This document shows positions 37,892 to 47,320 of a DNA stretch of 64,000 bases, piece by piece. The notes under the pieces were generated by a model. That model did no database searches and was not told the DNA's origin. It worked only from the letters and a program-made list of their open reading frames with translations. Position numbers and translations under genes: made by a program. Within the stretch, counting starts at the first letter, position 1, and every line of letters starts with the position of its first letter. The stretch comes from Patescibacteria group bacterium (GTDB lineage Bacteria; Patescibacteriota; Microgenomatia; UBA12405), in NCBI GenBank assembly GCA_050943115.1, contig JBMNON010000002.1, forward strand, positions 27,157 to 91,156, in the 5' to 3' direction.

Positions 37892-38053
37892 ATGAGTCAA
37901 TTAATTATGGTAATTCTAGCAGTACTATTGCCTCCTTTGGCTGTTTTTTTAACAGTCGGATTCACCCTGCATTTTTGGATAAATGTGATTTTGACGATTT
38001 TGGGTTATTTACCTGGAATAGTTCATGCCTTGTGGGTGGTGTTAACTTTTTAG
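37892..38053 (+). CDS. Pmp3/YqaE-family small hydrophobic proteolipid (53 aa; missing from the ORF track)
   Basis: MSQLIMVILAVLLPPLAVFLTVGFTLHFWINVILTILGYLPGIVHALWVVLTF matches the UPF0057 pattern (LPPLGVFL...LLT.LGYIPGIIYA). Confidence 0.65.
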   Translation: MSQLIMVILAVLLPPLAVFLTVGFTLHFWINVILTILGYLPGIVHALWVVLTF

Positions 38054-38059
38054 TGAATA

Positions 38060-38428
38060 ATGGAAGACAAGCAAAGATACTTGAAACAAGCAGAGTTTGT
38101 TGCCCAGCTTCTGGACTCTCAGTTCAGCATTTTAGGGTTTAAGTTTGGTTTGGATCCAATCTTGGGTTTGGTTCCTTGGTTTGGCGATGTTGTTTCCGTA
38201 GCATTTTCTTTGTACCTTGTTTCAATCGGAAAAAAAATGGGGATGCCGGATCGACTGGTTCAGGCAATGGTTAGGAATGTACTTGTAGATTTGATTGTTG
38301 GTTCTGTGCCCTTAGTTGGTGATATCGGTGATTTTTTTATAAAAGCCAACCAGAGAAACTTAAAAATTATCCGTAAATTTGCTTCTTTAAGAAAAGAAAC
38401 AATAGTTGAAGGGGAAATTACCGGTTAA
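38060..38428 (+). CDS. DUF4112-family membrane protein
   Basis: LDSQFSILGFKFGLDPILGLVPWFGDVVS...VGSVPLVGDIGDFFIKANQRN. Confidence 0.6.
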   Translation: MEDKQRYLKQAEFVAQLLDSQFSILGFKFGLDPILGLVPWFGDVVSVAFSLYLVSIGKKMGMPDRLVQAMVRNVLVDLIVGSVPLVGDIGDFFIKANQRNLKIIRKFASLRKETIVEGEITG

Positions 38429-38463
38429 TACCGGTCGTTAGACTGTTATTTGTCTTGACCCGA

Positions 38464-38856
38464 TTACCTTTCTTTTACTTTTAGTTTGCTTTCAACATCG
38501 ACAACACCGCTACTCCAAAAAGCATCAGCATAGGCAAGAGGTTTACTTCGACGGTTTCTTACATTACCTTCAAGGGTTACGACGCCACTGTCAACCTTAA
38601 TTTCTATGTTGTTTTTATCCGAACGGCTAATATAAGGGTTGCTGTCAATAGTATCTCTGACAATATCTCTTACTTCTTCGTCAGTTAAAGCGTAGTCAGT
38701 TGTCTCTCCCATATAGCCGTAGTCGTAGTAAGGGGCTCCGTAGTAACCACCATAATAGGGTCCGGGATAGTAGCCTCCTCCGCCTCCATAGTATGGATAA
38801 TCATAGCCCCGATAAGGTCCCCAATTCCAGTAATCATCGTATCTTTGCATATTCAC
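38464..38856 (-). CDS. Gly/Tyr-rich protein with C-terminal BON domain
   Basis: N-terminal low complexity YYGGGGGYYPGPYYGGYYGAPYYDYGY. C-terminus IEIKVDSGVVTLEGNVRNRRSKPLAYADAFWSSGVVDVESKLKV is BON-like. Confidence 0.5.
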   Translation of the reverse strand: MNMQRYDDYWNWGPYRGYDYPYYGGGGGYYPGPYYGGYYGAPYYDYGYMGETTDYALTDEEVRDIVRDTIDSNPYISRSDKNNIEIKVDSGVVTLEGNVRNRRSKPLAYADAFWSSGVVDVESKLKVKER

Positions 38857-39004
38857 TCCTTAAAATTACTAATTATCAACATTAAATAAAATAAGAGTCA
38901 AATAATAATTAAAAAATGGTTGGAGGAAAGTAAGAAGTGGGCTATACACTCTTACTTAATTCTTGCTAATTTATTTATTGCCTTTGTGGTGTCCATCTTA
39001 GAAT

Positions 39005-39361
39005 TTGTATATGGAAGAAAATAGACCATTATTATTGTATCCGGACAGCAGAGTAACAACCAGTCATAGGGAAATTAGAAGTTGGATTGAATCACAAGGG
39101 GGGCAGCCGGCTGTGTTTGATGACCCTACTACCAACAACGATATGGTGGGAATTAGAGTTGATTTTCCGGGAAAAAGGGACGAGGTGTTTATGCACAGTA
39201 CCGTGGTATCAGAAGTGGTAGGTTGGGATTATTTTTTTGAGTTGTTTGACAAATATAATTTGGCCTTTATATATCAAAAGAAACTTGACAATAGCGATAA
39301 GGATAGGACCTTGGCCTACAAGTTTGTTAAAAGAGACAGAATTAAAGACTTACTGAGCTGA
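39005..39361 (+). CDS. hypothetical protein
   Basis: 118-aa ORF. Confidence 0.3.
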   Translation: MYMEENRPLLLYPDSRVTTSHREIRSWIESQGGQPAVFDDPTTNNDMVGIRVDFPGKRDEVFMHSTVVSEVVGWDYFFELFDKYNLAFIYQKKLDNSDKDRTLAYKFVKRDRIKDLLS

Positions 39362-39559
39362 AGGACTGCCTTCAAGAGTGGCAGATTCTGTTTCTATTGG
39401 TGGGATAATCGGTGTTGGCAAGTTGAGGGGTTGATCTTCCAACTTCTTCAACACCTGGAAGTCTATACTTTTGTAGGAAGTATAACCGGCATAAGATAGC
39501 AGAATTAACAGCAGAAAAATCATTATAAGAATGGGTGTTTCAATATGGTTGTCGTCCAT
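39350..39559 (-). CDS. hypothetical small membrane protein
   Basis: 69 aa with one TM helix (ILIMIFLLLILLSYAGY). Confidence 0.3.
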   Translation of the reverse strand: MDDNHIETPILIMIFLLLILLSYAGYTSYKSIDFQVLKKLEDQPLNLPTPIIPPIETESATLEGSPSAQ

Positions 39560-39563
39560 TTTT

Positions 39564-40895
39564 TTATTTTACCCTGGATATTGTATAGATTGTAGGATAT
39601 GACAGAAATATTGCGGGAGATTCTTCAAGCAGAAACCTTTGGAAATCGATATAAATCTTTTTTCTTTCAACCGGATCCATTGTTTGTCTTCCTTCTTCTA
39701 AGAGTTTGTCGATTCTGGATTCGGTCAGTTTTGTAATGTTTGTGCCTGTTTGAGTTGAATGCCAGAAAATATACTGATCGGGATCGTTGGGGATACTACC
39801 GTATGCCAATACAGCATCAAAGTTTTCCTGGTCAATCTGATTTTCAATATTTAATATGACTTCGATCCCTAAGATGTCAGTCCAGGCTGTTTTAATTTCG
39901 TCGGCTTTTGACAGAAGTCTTCTATCGCTAATAATTAAATTAATCTTCTCAATGCCATTGCTTTTAAAGAGTTCTTGGGCTTTGGCCGGGTTATAATTAT
40001 AGTCTTTAACAGTTGGATTGTAAGCCCAAGAGGTGGGAGATATCGGACCAAGACATCTTTCGTTTTTGTCTTTTGTTTTCGGAGTGGCATAAGCCAAGGC
40101 TTGTCTAAGTTGCTTGGGACCGATTCTGTTGGTATTAAAGAAAACGGCCAAATATGTTTGGTCGGATTTGATTTCCTGGGTAATTTTTGTGTTAGTCCAG
40201 GCGGCAATTTCTTCTGGTAGTTCACCTGTCCGAATTTCATCAACCTGGCCGAGTTTGTAGGCAGTTACTAAATCCTTTTCGTTCTGATAGAAGTTGTAAA
40301 TAAGGGTTTTTTTGTCTTTTTCGACTGGAACCAGGCTCATTTTTTTAATGTATCCATCCTGGTATTCGATTTTATTAAGCCTATAAGGGCCTAATCCAAT
40401 TAAGTTTTTCAAGAACAAGGGTTTACTTAGTGCAGTAAGAAGCGGGGCGAAGAACTCTTGGGGAATGACTTCAATGTGGGTGTCATCAATTACTTTTAAT
40501 CCGAGACCTTTAATATTGGGATTAATATCGTGGGCGGTTAGTTTTTTACCGTTATGCCAAAAGAAATTATCATTTATTTCGAAAATATAATTTTTGTCGT
40601 CTTTAATACTGGAGGATTTACTTAGAACTGAAAGGGCTGATTTGTCATTTTCGGTAATTGTCGTCAGGCCGTAGCTTAGGAGGCTACTAACTTCGTCGGG
40701 CAGATTGTTGGCTGTGTAAAGGCCTTCTACGCCAATTCTTTTGTAGTTAAATATTTTTATTTGACTTAGGATTGAGAGTTTGTCTTGATTTAGGTAGAAG
40801 ACAATGCCGATTAGAATACCCAAGCCAAGAAATATAAAATTTTTCTTGATATAGAGGAACAAGTATTGGATTTTGAAGTGAAGTTTCTTGATCAA
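39564..40895 (-). CDS. membrane-anchored solute-binding protein, family 5 (peptide/nickel type)
   Basis: N-terminal TM. C-terminal SBP_bac_5-like motifs (LAYGSIPNDPDQYIFWHS, MDPVERKKIYIDFQRFLLEESPAIFL). Confidence 0.55.
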   Translation of the reverse strand: MIKKLHFKIQYLFLYIKKNFIFLGLGILIGIVFYLNQDKLSILSQIKIFNYKRIGVEGLYTANNLPDEVSSLLSYGLTTITENDKSALSVLSKSSSIKDDKNYIFEINDNFFWHNGKKLTAHDINPNIKGLGLKVIDDTHIEVIPQEFFAPLLTALSKPLFLKNLIGLGPYRLNKIEYQDGYIKKMSLVPVEKDKKTLIYNFYQNEKDLVTAYKLGQVDEIRTGELPEEIAAWTNTKITQEIKSDQTYLAVFFNTNRIGPKQLRQALAYATPKTKDKNERCLGPISPTSWAYNPTVKDYNYNPAKAQELFKSNGIEKINLIISDRRLLSKADEIKTAWTDILGIEVILNIENQIDQENFDAVLAYGSIPNDPDQYIFWHSTQTGTNITKLTESRIDKLLEEGRQTMDPVERKKIYIDFQRFLLEESPAIFLSYPTIYTISRVK

Positions 40896-41111
40896 TTAGA
40901 TAAGAATTATTTGAACTATTGAGGACAGGATAAAAAGTGACAAAACTAAGAAGGTAAGGGTAAACAAGAATTTTTCCCAACCCCTTTTTTCATAACTAAC
41001 CGTAGAGAGGATGTTGGTCTTGTACTCCCCTTCTCCGTTTGACTGAAGGAAAATGAGGGTAATTAGTAGAACAGACAGGAGTATTTGTATTATTGTAAGT
41101 GCTGTGTTCAT
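40896..41111 (-). CDS. hypothetical small membrane protein
   Basis: 71 aa, two hydrophobic helices. Confidence 0.3.
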   Translation of the reverse strand: MNTALTIIQILLSVLLITLIFLQSNGEGEYKTNILSTVSYEKRGWEKFLFTLTFLVLSLFILSSIVQIILI

Positions 41112-41521
41112 TATTTCTTATTATATAAGATTATGTTGAATATGTGGTAGATAAGAGCAATTGTGAGAGATGTGACGAGAAAGGCGGTAAATCCGCTAAA
41201 TTTTAAAGTTGGAATATCAAACCCCACAAGATTAAAGTTTTCTTTGAATATACTAAGGACTCTGAATTTATCGACTAGTACGACAGCCATGTAGAGTCCC
41301 AGGGTGTCAATAACAATGCGAAAAAGTCCCAGTGTGAGCAGATTGATGGGTAGCAATAAAACCTTGATTATAGGCTTGAGAATTATCTCAAATACTGCCA
41401 GAATAAAGGCTACTTTTAGGATTCCTAAAAACTTGTCGGGAAATATTAGATTCCCCCAAAGTTCATCAGTAATTACTAAACTAAAGGCAAGTAACAAGGT
41501 AAACCGGAAAAATTTTTTCAT
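41111..41521 (-). CDS. DUF360 / phage-holin-4-superfamily-like membrane protein
   Basis: Multi-TM 136-aa protein with ILKPIIKVLLLPINLLTLGLFRIV. Confidence 0.45.
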   Translation of the reverse strand: MKKFFRFTLLLAFSLVITDELWGNLIFPDKFLGILKVAFILAVFEIILKPIIKVLLLPINLLTLGLFRIVIDTLGLYMAVVLVDKFRVLSIFKENFNLVGFDIPTLKFSGFTAFLVTSLTIALIYHIFNIILYNKK

Positions 41522-43305
41522 GTTTGTTTTCTTTTGGCAATATTAACGACTAAAGCGATCGTACTTAGGATGAAGACGGTACCAAGAAGGGTGATGGCAA
41601 GGTTTAGGAAATGCGGAAGGTAACGAATTTCAATTTCTTCGACGCTGGGGCTATCGATATGGGAAACAAGCAGCTTAATCTTTTGATTATGAGGTAAAAG
41701 TGATTTAAAGAAAGGGATTTGCGGAATTTCCGCTTCGACTGAACCGAGAGGCGGCAGAGAGGGCAGTTGCTGTTTGTATTCGAAACCGATGCCTTTGATA
41801 GTAATATTTGTAAGCGCAAGAAGATTGGGATTTGAAATTTTTATTTTGGGACTTTGGTTGATTTTAGTACTTATTGGTTCAAGTACAATTGGTGAGATGT
41901 TCGGCTTTTCCAGCTCCGATTGAGCAAATTTTATATCTACTGTCTTTGTTTGACGGTTCTTTTTGTAAGAACCCGGTGGCGGAGGGTTTTGGCTGTCTTC
42001 TCCGTGAATGACCAGGGTAAAATGATTTAGATCGAGATCGTTAAAATAATCTATACCTTTAGTTGTTTTTCCCCACGTGGGATCAATCGATTTCCATTTT
42101 TTTGAAGCATTGTCATAGTATTGCGGCCATGCGTGGAGGATATCGGCGTTAACATTGGTGGGCTTAATTTTGGTATTATTCGTGTGTGCGTAACCCTCGA
42201 TTTCCCGTGCAGGAATTCCTTTGGCTCTAGCTAGAGTAACAAAAAGATCGGTAAATTCAGTGCATAATGAATTATCGGGTTGGGCAAGAGCCATAAGTGC
42301 CCCCTTCCTTTTTGCCGAATTAATTTGGTTGTAATCGTAATTAAGTGTTTTAACAACATAGCTGTAAATATCTTTTGGTGTTGACAGACTATTAGCGATA
42401 GCTTGGATTTGATCATCAGACACAGGCCAAAATTCCTGATCTTTGGTAAGTGACTGAAAGTCAATTTCTTCCTGCGTTGCGGATAAGGGAGATATTTTAA
42501 CTTGGCCGGTGACATGAACTTCTACCGTTTCGAGGGGGTCAAGAAAGTACTCTGCAAGCCAGTTGCCGTCATTATCTTGAACGATGTTTTGGGGTTGAGG
42601 TTGTATCGAGGAATAATAGATCTTTTGGTTTTCGGTGTCTGGCGGGATGGCAATTTGAGTGGAAATATAGTCTTTGTTGTCATTGTCGAGATAATAGGTC
42701 AGATTGAAGTCAAAAAGTTGGAAATCGCCAAATATTAGCAATATTTTTTGATCTTTTACCGAAGAGCTATTAATTTGAATAAGGTGGTTTTGGCCGGATT
42801 GGGATGTTGAGGCAAGAGGGACAGATGAGAAGGAAATTTTCCCAAAAGACAATGGTACTTTTAATGTTAGGTTGATAATATCCGACTCCTTATGATTAAT
42901 AAATTCCGGAAGGGCTATCTCCCACATTTTACCTTTGTTGACAGCAAAATCAGGAGACTGAAAACTTAGGGAGAAAACCGTACTGTTGCCTTTGCCAACA
43001 GCCGGATCGTTAAATTTTAGAGAGACGGTGGTACCATCGTCGTTTTTTTCAACAGATTTGACAATATTGCCGGCACTATCCGAACCGACAATGTTTTGGA
43101 CACCGGTGTCAGACAACTGGTATACATATTCGGGTGAATAAATTTGAGAGAAATTATTGGTAAGTTTATTTTCCTGTTTAACATGGGCGCTGCCGGAATG
43201 GTTTATGGTGTAAGTGATATTTTGTTCCAGCGTGAACTCTTCTATTGCCAGGGATGGTTGACAAAAAAGTCTCAGAAAAAGTAAAAAAAAGAAAATGCTT
43301 TGCAT
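41518..43305 (-). CDS. transglutaminase-like domain protein (secreted, C-terminal membrane anchor)
   Basis: Core motif DNSLCTEFTDLFVTLARAKGIPAREIEGYAHT (Cys nucleophile region). Signal peptide from MQSIFFFLLFL. C-terminal TM. Confidence 0.6.
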   Translation of the reverse strand: MQSIFFFLLFLRLFCQPSLAIEEFTLEQNITYTINHSGSAHVKQENKLTNNFSQIYSPEYVYQLSDTGVQNIVGSDSAGNIVKSVEKNDDGTTVSLKFNDPAVGKGNSTVFSLSFQSPDFAVNKGKMWEIALPEFINHKESDIINLTLKVPLSFGKISFSSVPLASTSQSGQNHLIQINSSSVKDQKILLIFGDFQLFDFNLTYYLDNDNKDYISTQIAIPPDTENQKIYYSSIQPQPQNIVQDNDGNWLAEYFLDPLETVEVHVTGQVKISPLSATQEEIDFQSLTKDQEFWPVSDDQIQAIANSLSTPKDIYSYVVKTLNYDYNQINSAKRKGALMALAQPDNSLCTEFTDLFVTLARAKGIPAREIEGYAHTNNTKIKPTNVNADILHAWPQYYDNASKKWKSIDPTWGKTTKGIDYFNDLDLNHFTLVIHGEDSQNPPPPGSYKKNRQTKTVDIKFAQSELEKPNISPIVLEPISTKINQSPKIKISNPNLLALTNITIKGIGFEYKQQLPSLPPLGSVEAEIPQIPFFKSLLPHNQKIKLLVSHIDSPSVEEIEIRYLPHFLNLAITLLGTVFILSTIALVVNIAKRKQT

Positions 43306-43337
43306 CGTTAGTTTAACTATAACAAAAAATTGATTAG

Positions 43338-43365
43338 TTGACTTCGGGTAATCTTCGTGTAATAT
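43338..43365 (+). promoter_or_regulatory. candidate lexA promoter (TTGACT-16-TAATAT), possibly leaderless
   Basis: -10 ends 6 nt before the lexA ATG at 43372. Nearby palindromic elements AACTA-N15-TAGTT. Confidence 0.35.
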
Positions 43366-43371
43366 TTGGTT

Positions 43372-43986
43372 ATGGCAACAGTATTGTATAAAAGACAAAA
43401 GCAAATTTTGGACTATATTACCAAAAATATTAATAAGTATGGCTGTGCACCTACTTTAACGGAGATTGCAAGCCATTTGGGGCTATCATCTTTAGCTACC
43501 GTTCATGAGCATTTAGCAGTGTTAGAAAAGAAGGGGCTGATAAGAAGGTATCGGGGTGCTATAAGAGGAATTGAGCTGGTAAATCAGGAGTTTGCCGAGG
43601 AAAGTTTCGTGGAATTGCCGGTTATGGGTTTTATTGCTTGTGGCGAGCCTATCGAACCCTACACCGATCCGGATGCCACTTTGCCTGTAAATTCGAAGTT
43701 GGTAAAACCAGGAGATCATTCATATGTTCTTCAGGCAAAAGGTGATTCAATGATAGAAGACGGTATTTTAAACGGTGATTACGTCGTAATCAAGGAGCAG
43801 CAAATGGCGAATAATGGGGATATTGTGGTGGCGGTTCTAAAGAACGGTTTTGCTACTTTAAAACGATACTACAAAGAAACGGACAGAATTAGATTGCAGC
43901 CAGCCAATTCAACTATGATGCCGATTTATGTAACAGACGTTGAAATTAGAGGCAAAGTAGTTGCTATTATTAGGCATTTCGAGTAA
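43372..43986 (+). CDS. lexA: LexA repressor (S24 peptidase)
   Basis: N-terminal wHTH. Catalytic GDSM...and C-terminal AVLKNGFATLKRYY (Ser/Lys dyad region). Confidence 0.85.
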   Translation: MATVLYKRQKQILDYITKNINKYGCAPTLTEIASHLGLSSLATVHEHLAVLEKKGLIRRYRGAIRGIELVNQEFAEESFVELPVMGFIACGEPIEPYTDPDATLPVNSKLVKPGDHSYVLQAKGDSMIEDGILNGDYVVIKEQQMANNGDIVVAVLKNGFATLKRYYKETDRIRLQPANSTMMPIYVTDVEIRGKVVAIIRHFE

Positions 43987-44651
43987 TGCTATACATAGTA
44001 TCTACACCAATAGGTAATTTGGAGGATTTGACAGCCAGGGCAAAGAAGGTATTGGGAAAGGTGGATTACATTCTTTGTGAAGACACGAGAGTAACCGGAT
44101 TAATGTTGAAAAGCTTGGGTGTAGATTTGAAGGCCAAGATGATTTCTTATTATGACGAGGTTGAAGAGCAGAAATTGCCGGAGGTAATTAAATTTTTAGA
44201 AGAGGGATTGAGTTTGGCTTTGGTAACCGATTCCGGTACGCCGATTATCTCAGATCCAGGTTACAAACTAGTAAAGAAATGCCGTGAGCAAAATATTCCA
44301 GTGACAGCGCTGCCGGGTCCCTGTGCGGCGATAAATGCAATGGTTTTGTCGGGTCTACCTGGTGGGAGATTCTCATTTTTGGGATTTTTACCTAAAAAAG
44401 AAGGTGAAAGAAAAAGAGTTTTAGAAGAATATAAAAATGTAGGCGGCAGCAAAATCGTTTACGAATCGCCGTATAGGATAGGAAGATTAATTTCAGAAAT
44501 TAGAAATGTTTACGGCGATGAGATAAAAGTGGCAATGTGTCGGGAGATGACGAAGCTGCACGAGGAAGTGATTTGGGGCAACATTGCACAAATCGAAGAG
44601 GTGTTGAAAAAGAGGAAGCTTAAGGGCGAGATGGTTGTGGTTTTTTCTTAG
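43986..44651 (+). CDS. rsmI: 16S rRNA (cytidine1402-2'-O)-methyltransferase RsmI
   Basis: MLYIVSTPIGNLEDLTARA...CEDTR. Tetrapyrrole-methylase fold signature. Confidence 0.8.
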   Translation: MLYIVSTPIGNLEDLTARAKKVLGKVDYILCEDTRVTGLMLKSLGVDLKAKMISYYDEVEEQKLPEVIKFLEEGLSLALVTDSGTPIISDPGYKLVKKCREQNIPVTALPGPCAAINAMVLSGLPGGRFSFLGFLPKKEGERKRVLEEYKNVGGSKIVYESPYRIGRLISEIRNVYGDEIKVAMCREMTKLHEEVIWGNIAQIEEVLKKRKLKGEMVVVFS

Positions 44652-46929
44652 GTTTTTCCAATCTTTTCCCTTCAGCCCAGGCAACAATTTCTCTGGTTCT
44701 GTCGATGGCGTCTGGACTAACCGAAATACTACCGACTCCCCATTTGACTAATTTTTCAACGAGTTCCGGGTAATTGCTGGGGGCTTGGCCGCAGATGGAA
44801 CTGTTTATGCCACGTTTTTGTGCGGTAGTTATGGCTTTTTTTAACATCCACAAGACTGACGGATCCATTTCATTGAAATCTTTGGCAACTTCACCATTGT
44901 CCCGATCAAGGCCGAGGGTAAGCATGGTTAAGTCGTTGCTGCCTATGGAAATTCCATCAATTCCGACGTCAATAAATTGATCAAGAAGAATGACATTACT
45001 GGGTATTTCTACCATCATATAGAGTTTAAAGGAGGGTGATCTAAGGAGTCCCGCGGTGGCGATGATCTTTTTGACCCGTTCCAATTCCTGGGGAGTTCTG
45101 ACAAAGGGTATCATAAGCCAAAGATTTTTAAGATTATATTTGTTGCGGACTTGCTTTATTGCTTCAAGTTCCATTTCGAAAACGTCTGCAGAGTTTATAT
45201 ATCGAACTGCTCCTCTGAATCCTAATAATGGGTTGGGTTCTTCGGGTTCGTATAATTTCCCCCACTTAAGGTAGCGGTACTCATTTGTTTTAAAATCGGT
45301 TGCTCTATAAATAACCGGTCTTGGAGCAAAGCTTTGACAGAATTGCAGCAAACCTTTAGTTAGATCGTTGATGTATTTCTTTTGCTTATTTTCGGCGATC
45401 ATTCTTTTGGGATGAATACCTATGTTGGCGATCATGAACTCAGCCCGAAGAAGTCCTATACCGTCAACATTTCTTTCGGATATATCTTTGGCCAATTCCG
45501 GCTCACCTAAATTAACCAAGACTTTTGTAGCTGTTTTGGGGGCCGCACCCGAAGGTAATCTGGCCGGTGTAAAGCTTTGGCTACTTTGAGTTAAATCTCC
45601 AAGCCAGACTTTCCCATCCGTGCCGTCAAGAGTGACTACCTCACCTTCTTTTAAAGTTTTTGTAGCTGTTTTGGTGCCGACCACGCAGGGAACACCCAGT
45701 TCCCTGCTGACAATGGCAGCATGGGAAGTTTGGCCGCCCTTATCAGTAATGATGCCATTTACTTTTTTCATGGCCGGAACAAAGTCGGGGGTGGTCATTG
45801 AGGTGACAAGGATTTGTCCTTTTTTGGCTCGACCGATTTCTTTGGGGCTGTTTATAATTACCACTTCCCCACTGGCGGTACCAGGACTGGCCGCTTCTCC
45901 CACAAGATCAGCTTCTTTAGTAATTTTTTGTTGTGATTCAAGTGTTTTTTGATTGGATTCGATGGTAGTTATCGGTCTGGTTTGGACTATAAATATTCGA
46001 TTTTTTTCCAAGGCAAATTCGATATCCTGGGCTTTGCGGTAATGATTGTGAAGTTTTTGGCCAATTTTGGCGATTTCCTTTGCCTGAGAATCAGTAATTT
46101 TTGCCCTGCCCTGCTTACTTTTGGGTACGGCTACTTCTTTGGTTTCGTTTTTGGATTTAATCAGTTGGATAGTTTGCTTAATATTGCTTTTGGAAACAAT
46201 TGACCAATCGTTTTTGTTTATTATGTGTTGGTCAGGGGTGACTTTCCCTTGAACGATATACTCCCCCAACCCCCAAATGGTTTCCACAATAATTTGGGTT
46301 TTATCATTTGTTACAGGGTTGACCGTGAACATAATTCCTGAGATGTCGGATTGAATTTGTTTTTGAATTGGTACGGCGATGCCAACTTTAAAGTGATCAA
46401 ACTTTTTCTTTTGTCTGTAGAAAATTGCCCTGGGAGTAAACAAACTAGCCCAACAATCTTGCACCCGATTTATGACGTTAGCCTCACCGATAACATTAAG
46501 ATAAGTTTCTTGTTGCCCGGCAAAGGAGGCATCAGGCAAATCTTCAGCAGTTGCGGAGGACCTAACTGCCACAGGAATATCCTTTAAGCCGCCATAATCA
46601 GATAGCCTCTTGTAGGCTTTCATCACTTCTATTGCTAGTTGTTCACCTACAATGCCCTTTTTGATGACCGCCATACACTTCTTGGAAGCTTCCATCAATT
46701 GATTTGGATCATCAATGTCGGTGGTGGACAGAATATTTTTAATTTTTTCGCTTAGACTGTTATCTTGGATAAATTGAAAGTAGGCGCTGGCAGTAACAAC
46801 AAAGCCATTGGGAACGGGGATTCCGGAGTTATACATCTCTCCAAGGTTGGCTCCTTTCCCACCAACTTGATTAATGTCTTCGTGATGGATTTGTTTAAAC
46901 CAAAGAATATTGGGCAGGTTATTTTTCAT
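44620..46929 (-). CDS. ppsA: phosphoenolpyruvate synthase (pyruvate, water dikinase)
   Basis: N-terminal ILWF..VGGKGANLGEM, phosphohistidine domain GGQTSHAAIVSRELGVPCVVG, C-terminal PEP-utilising TIM barrel. Start set at MKNNLPN. Confidence 0.8.
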   Translation of the reverse strand: MKNNLPNILWFKQIHHEDINQVGGKGANLGEMYNSGIPVPNGFVVTASAYFQFIQDNSLSEKIKNILSTTDIDDPNQLMEASKKCMAVIKKGIVGEQLAIEVMKAYKRLSDYGGLKDIPVAVRSSATAEDLPDASFAGQQETYLNVIGEANVINRVQDCWASLFTPRAIFYRQKKKFDHFKVGIAVPIQKQIQSDISGIMFTVNPVTNDKTQIIVETIWGLGEYIVQGKVTPDQHIINKNDWSIVSKSNIKQTIQLIKSKNETKEVAVPKSKQGRAKITDSQAKEIAKIGQKLHNHYRKAQDIEFALEKNRIFIVQTRPITTIESNQKTLESQQKITKEADLVGEAASPGTASGEVVIINSPKEIGRAKKGQILVTSMTTPDFVPAMKKVNGIITDKGGQTSHAAIVSRELGVPCVVGTKTATKTLKEGEVVTLDGTDGKVWLGDLTQSSQSFTPARLPSGAAPKTATKVLVNLGEPELAKDISERNVDGIGLLRAEFMIANIGIHPKRMIAENKQKKYINDLTKGLLQFCQSFAPRPVIYRATDFKTNEYRYLKWGKLYEPEEPNPLLGFRGAVRYINSADVFEMELEAIKQVRNKYNLKNLWLMIPFVRTPQELERVKKIIATAGLLRSPSFKLYMMVEIPSNVILLDQFIDVGIDGISIGSNDLTMLTLGLDRDNGEVAKDFNEMDPSVLWMLKKAITTAQKRGINSSICGQAPSNYPELVEKLVKWGVGSISVSPDAIDRTREIVAWAEGKRLEKPKKKPQPSRP

Positions 46930-47320
46930 TTTTCCAACCTCGATTAGGTAAATCTCTAACGGTTTGTGTTTCGTTTTGTCTTTGATAATCATCCTGAAGC
47001 CTATAAGTGGTTCCGGTTTCCGGAGTGGAAGCTTCAAAAACAGTGCAATCGGTGATTGCTTCTATGCGGTGGATGGTTTTGGGAGTGAAGGTGTAACCAA
47101 TCTTCTTTTCCATGGGTTTTGTGATCAGGTTTTCCATCGAATTACCCAATGTAATGTTAGCTGAACCCTGAAAAAGAGTTAAAGTTTCAATTTTTTGATC
47201 ATGATATTGAAGGGACAATTTGCTACCAGCGTAAATTTCCAGAATTTTCGCTGTGAAAGGAAGATTGCTTTCCGTCAGGATAATTTCTTTTCCCCACGGT
47301 TTATCGATTATGTTGGACAT
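46919..47320 (-). CDS. cupin-domain protein (mannose-6-phosphate isomerase type II C-terminal-like)
   Basis: PWGKE...YAGSKLSLQYHDQKIETLTLFQG cupin motifs. Confidence 0.5.
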   Translation of the reverse strand: MSNIIDKPWGKEIILTESNLPFTAKILEIYAGSKLSLQYHDQKIETLTLFQGSANITLGNSMENLITKPMEKKIGYTFTPKTIHRIEAITDCTVFEASTPETGTTYRLQDDYQRQNETQTVRDLPNRGWKNEK

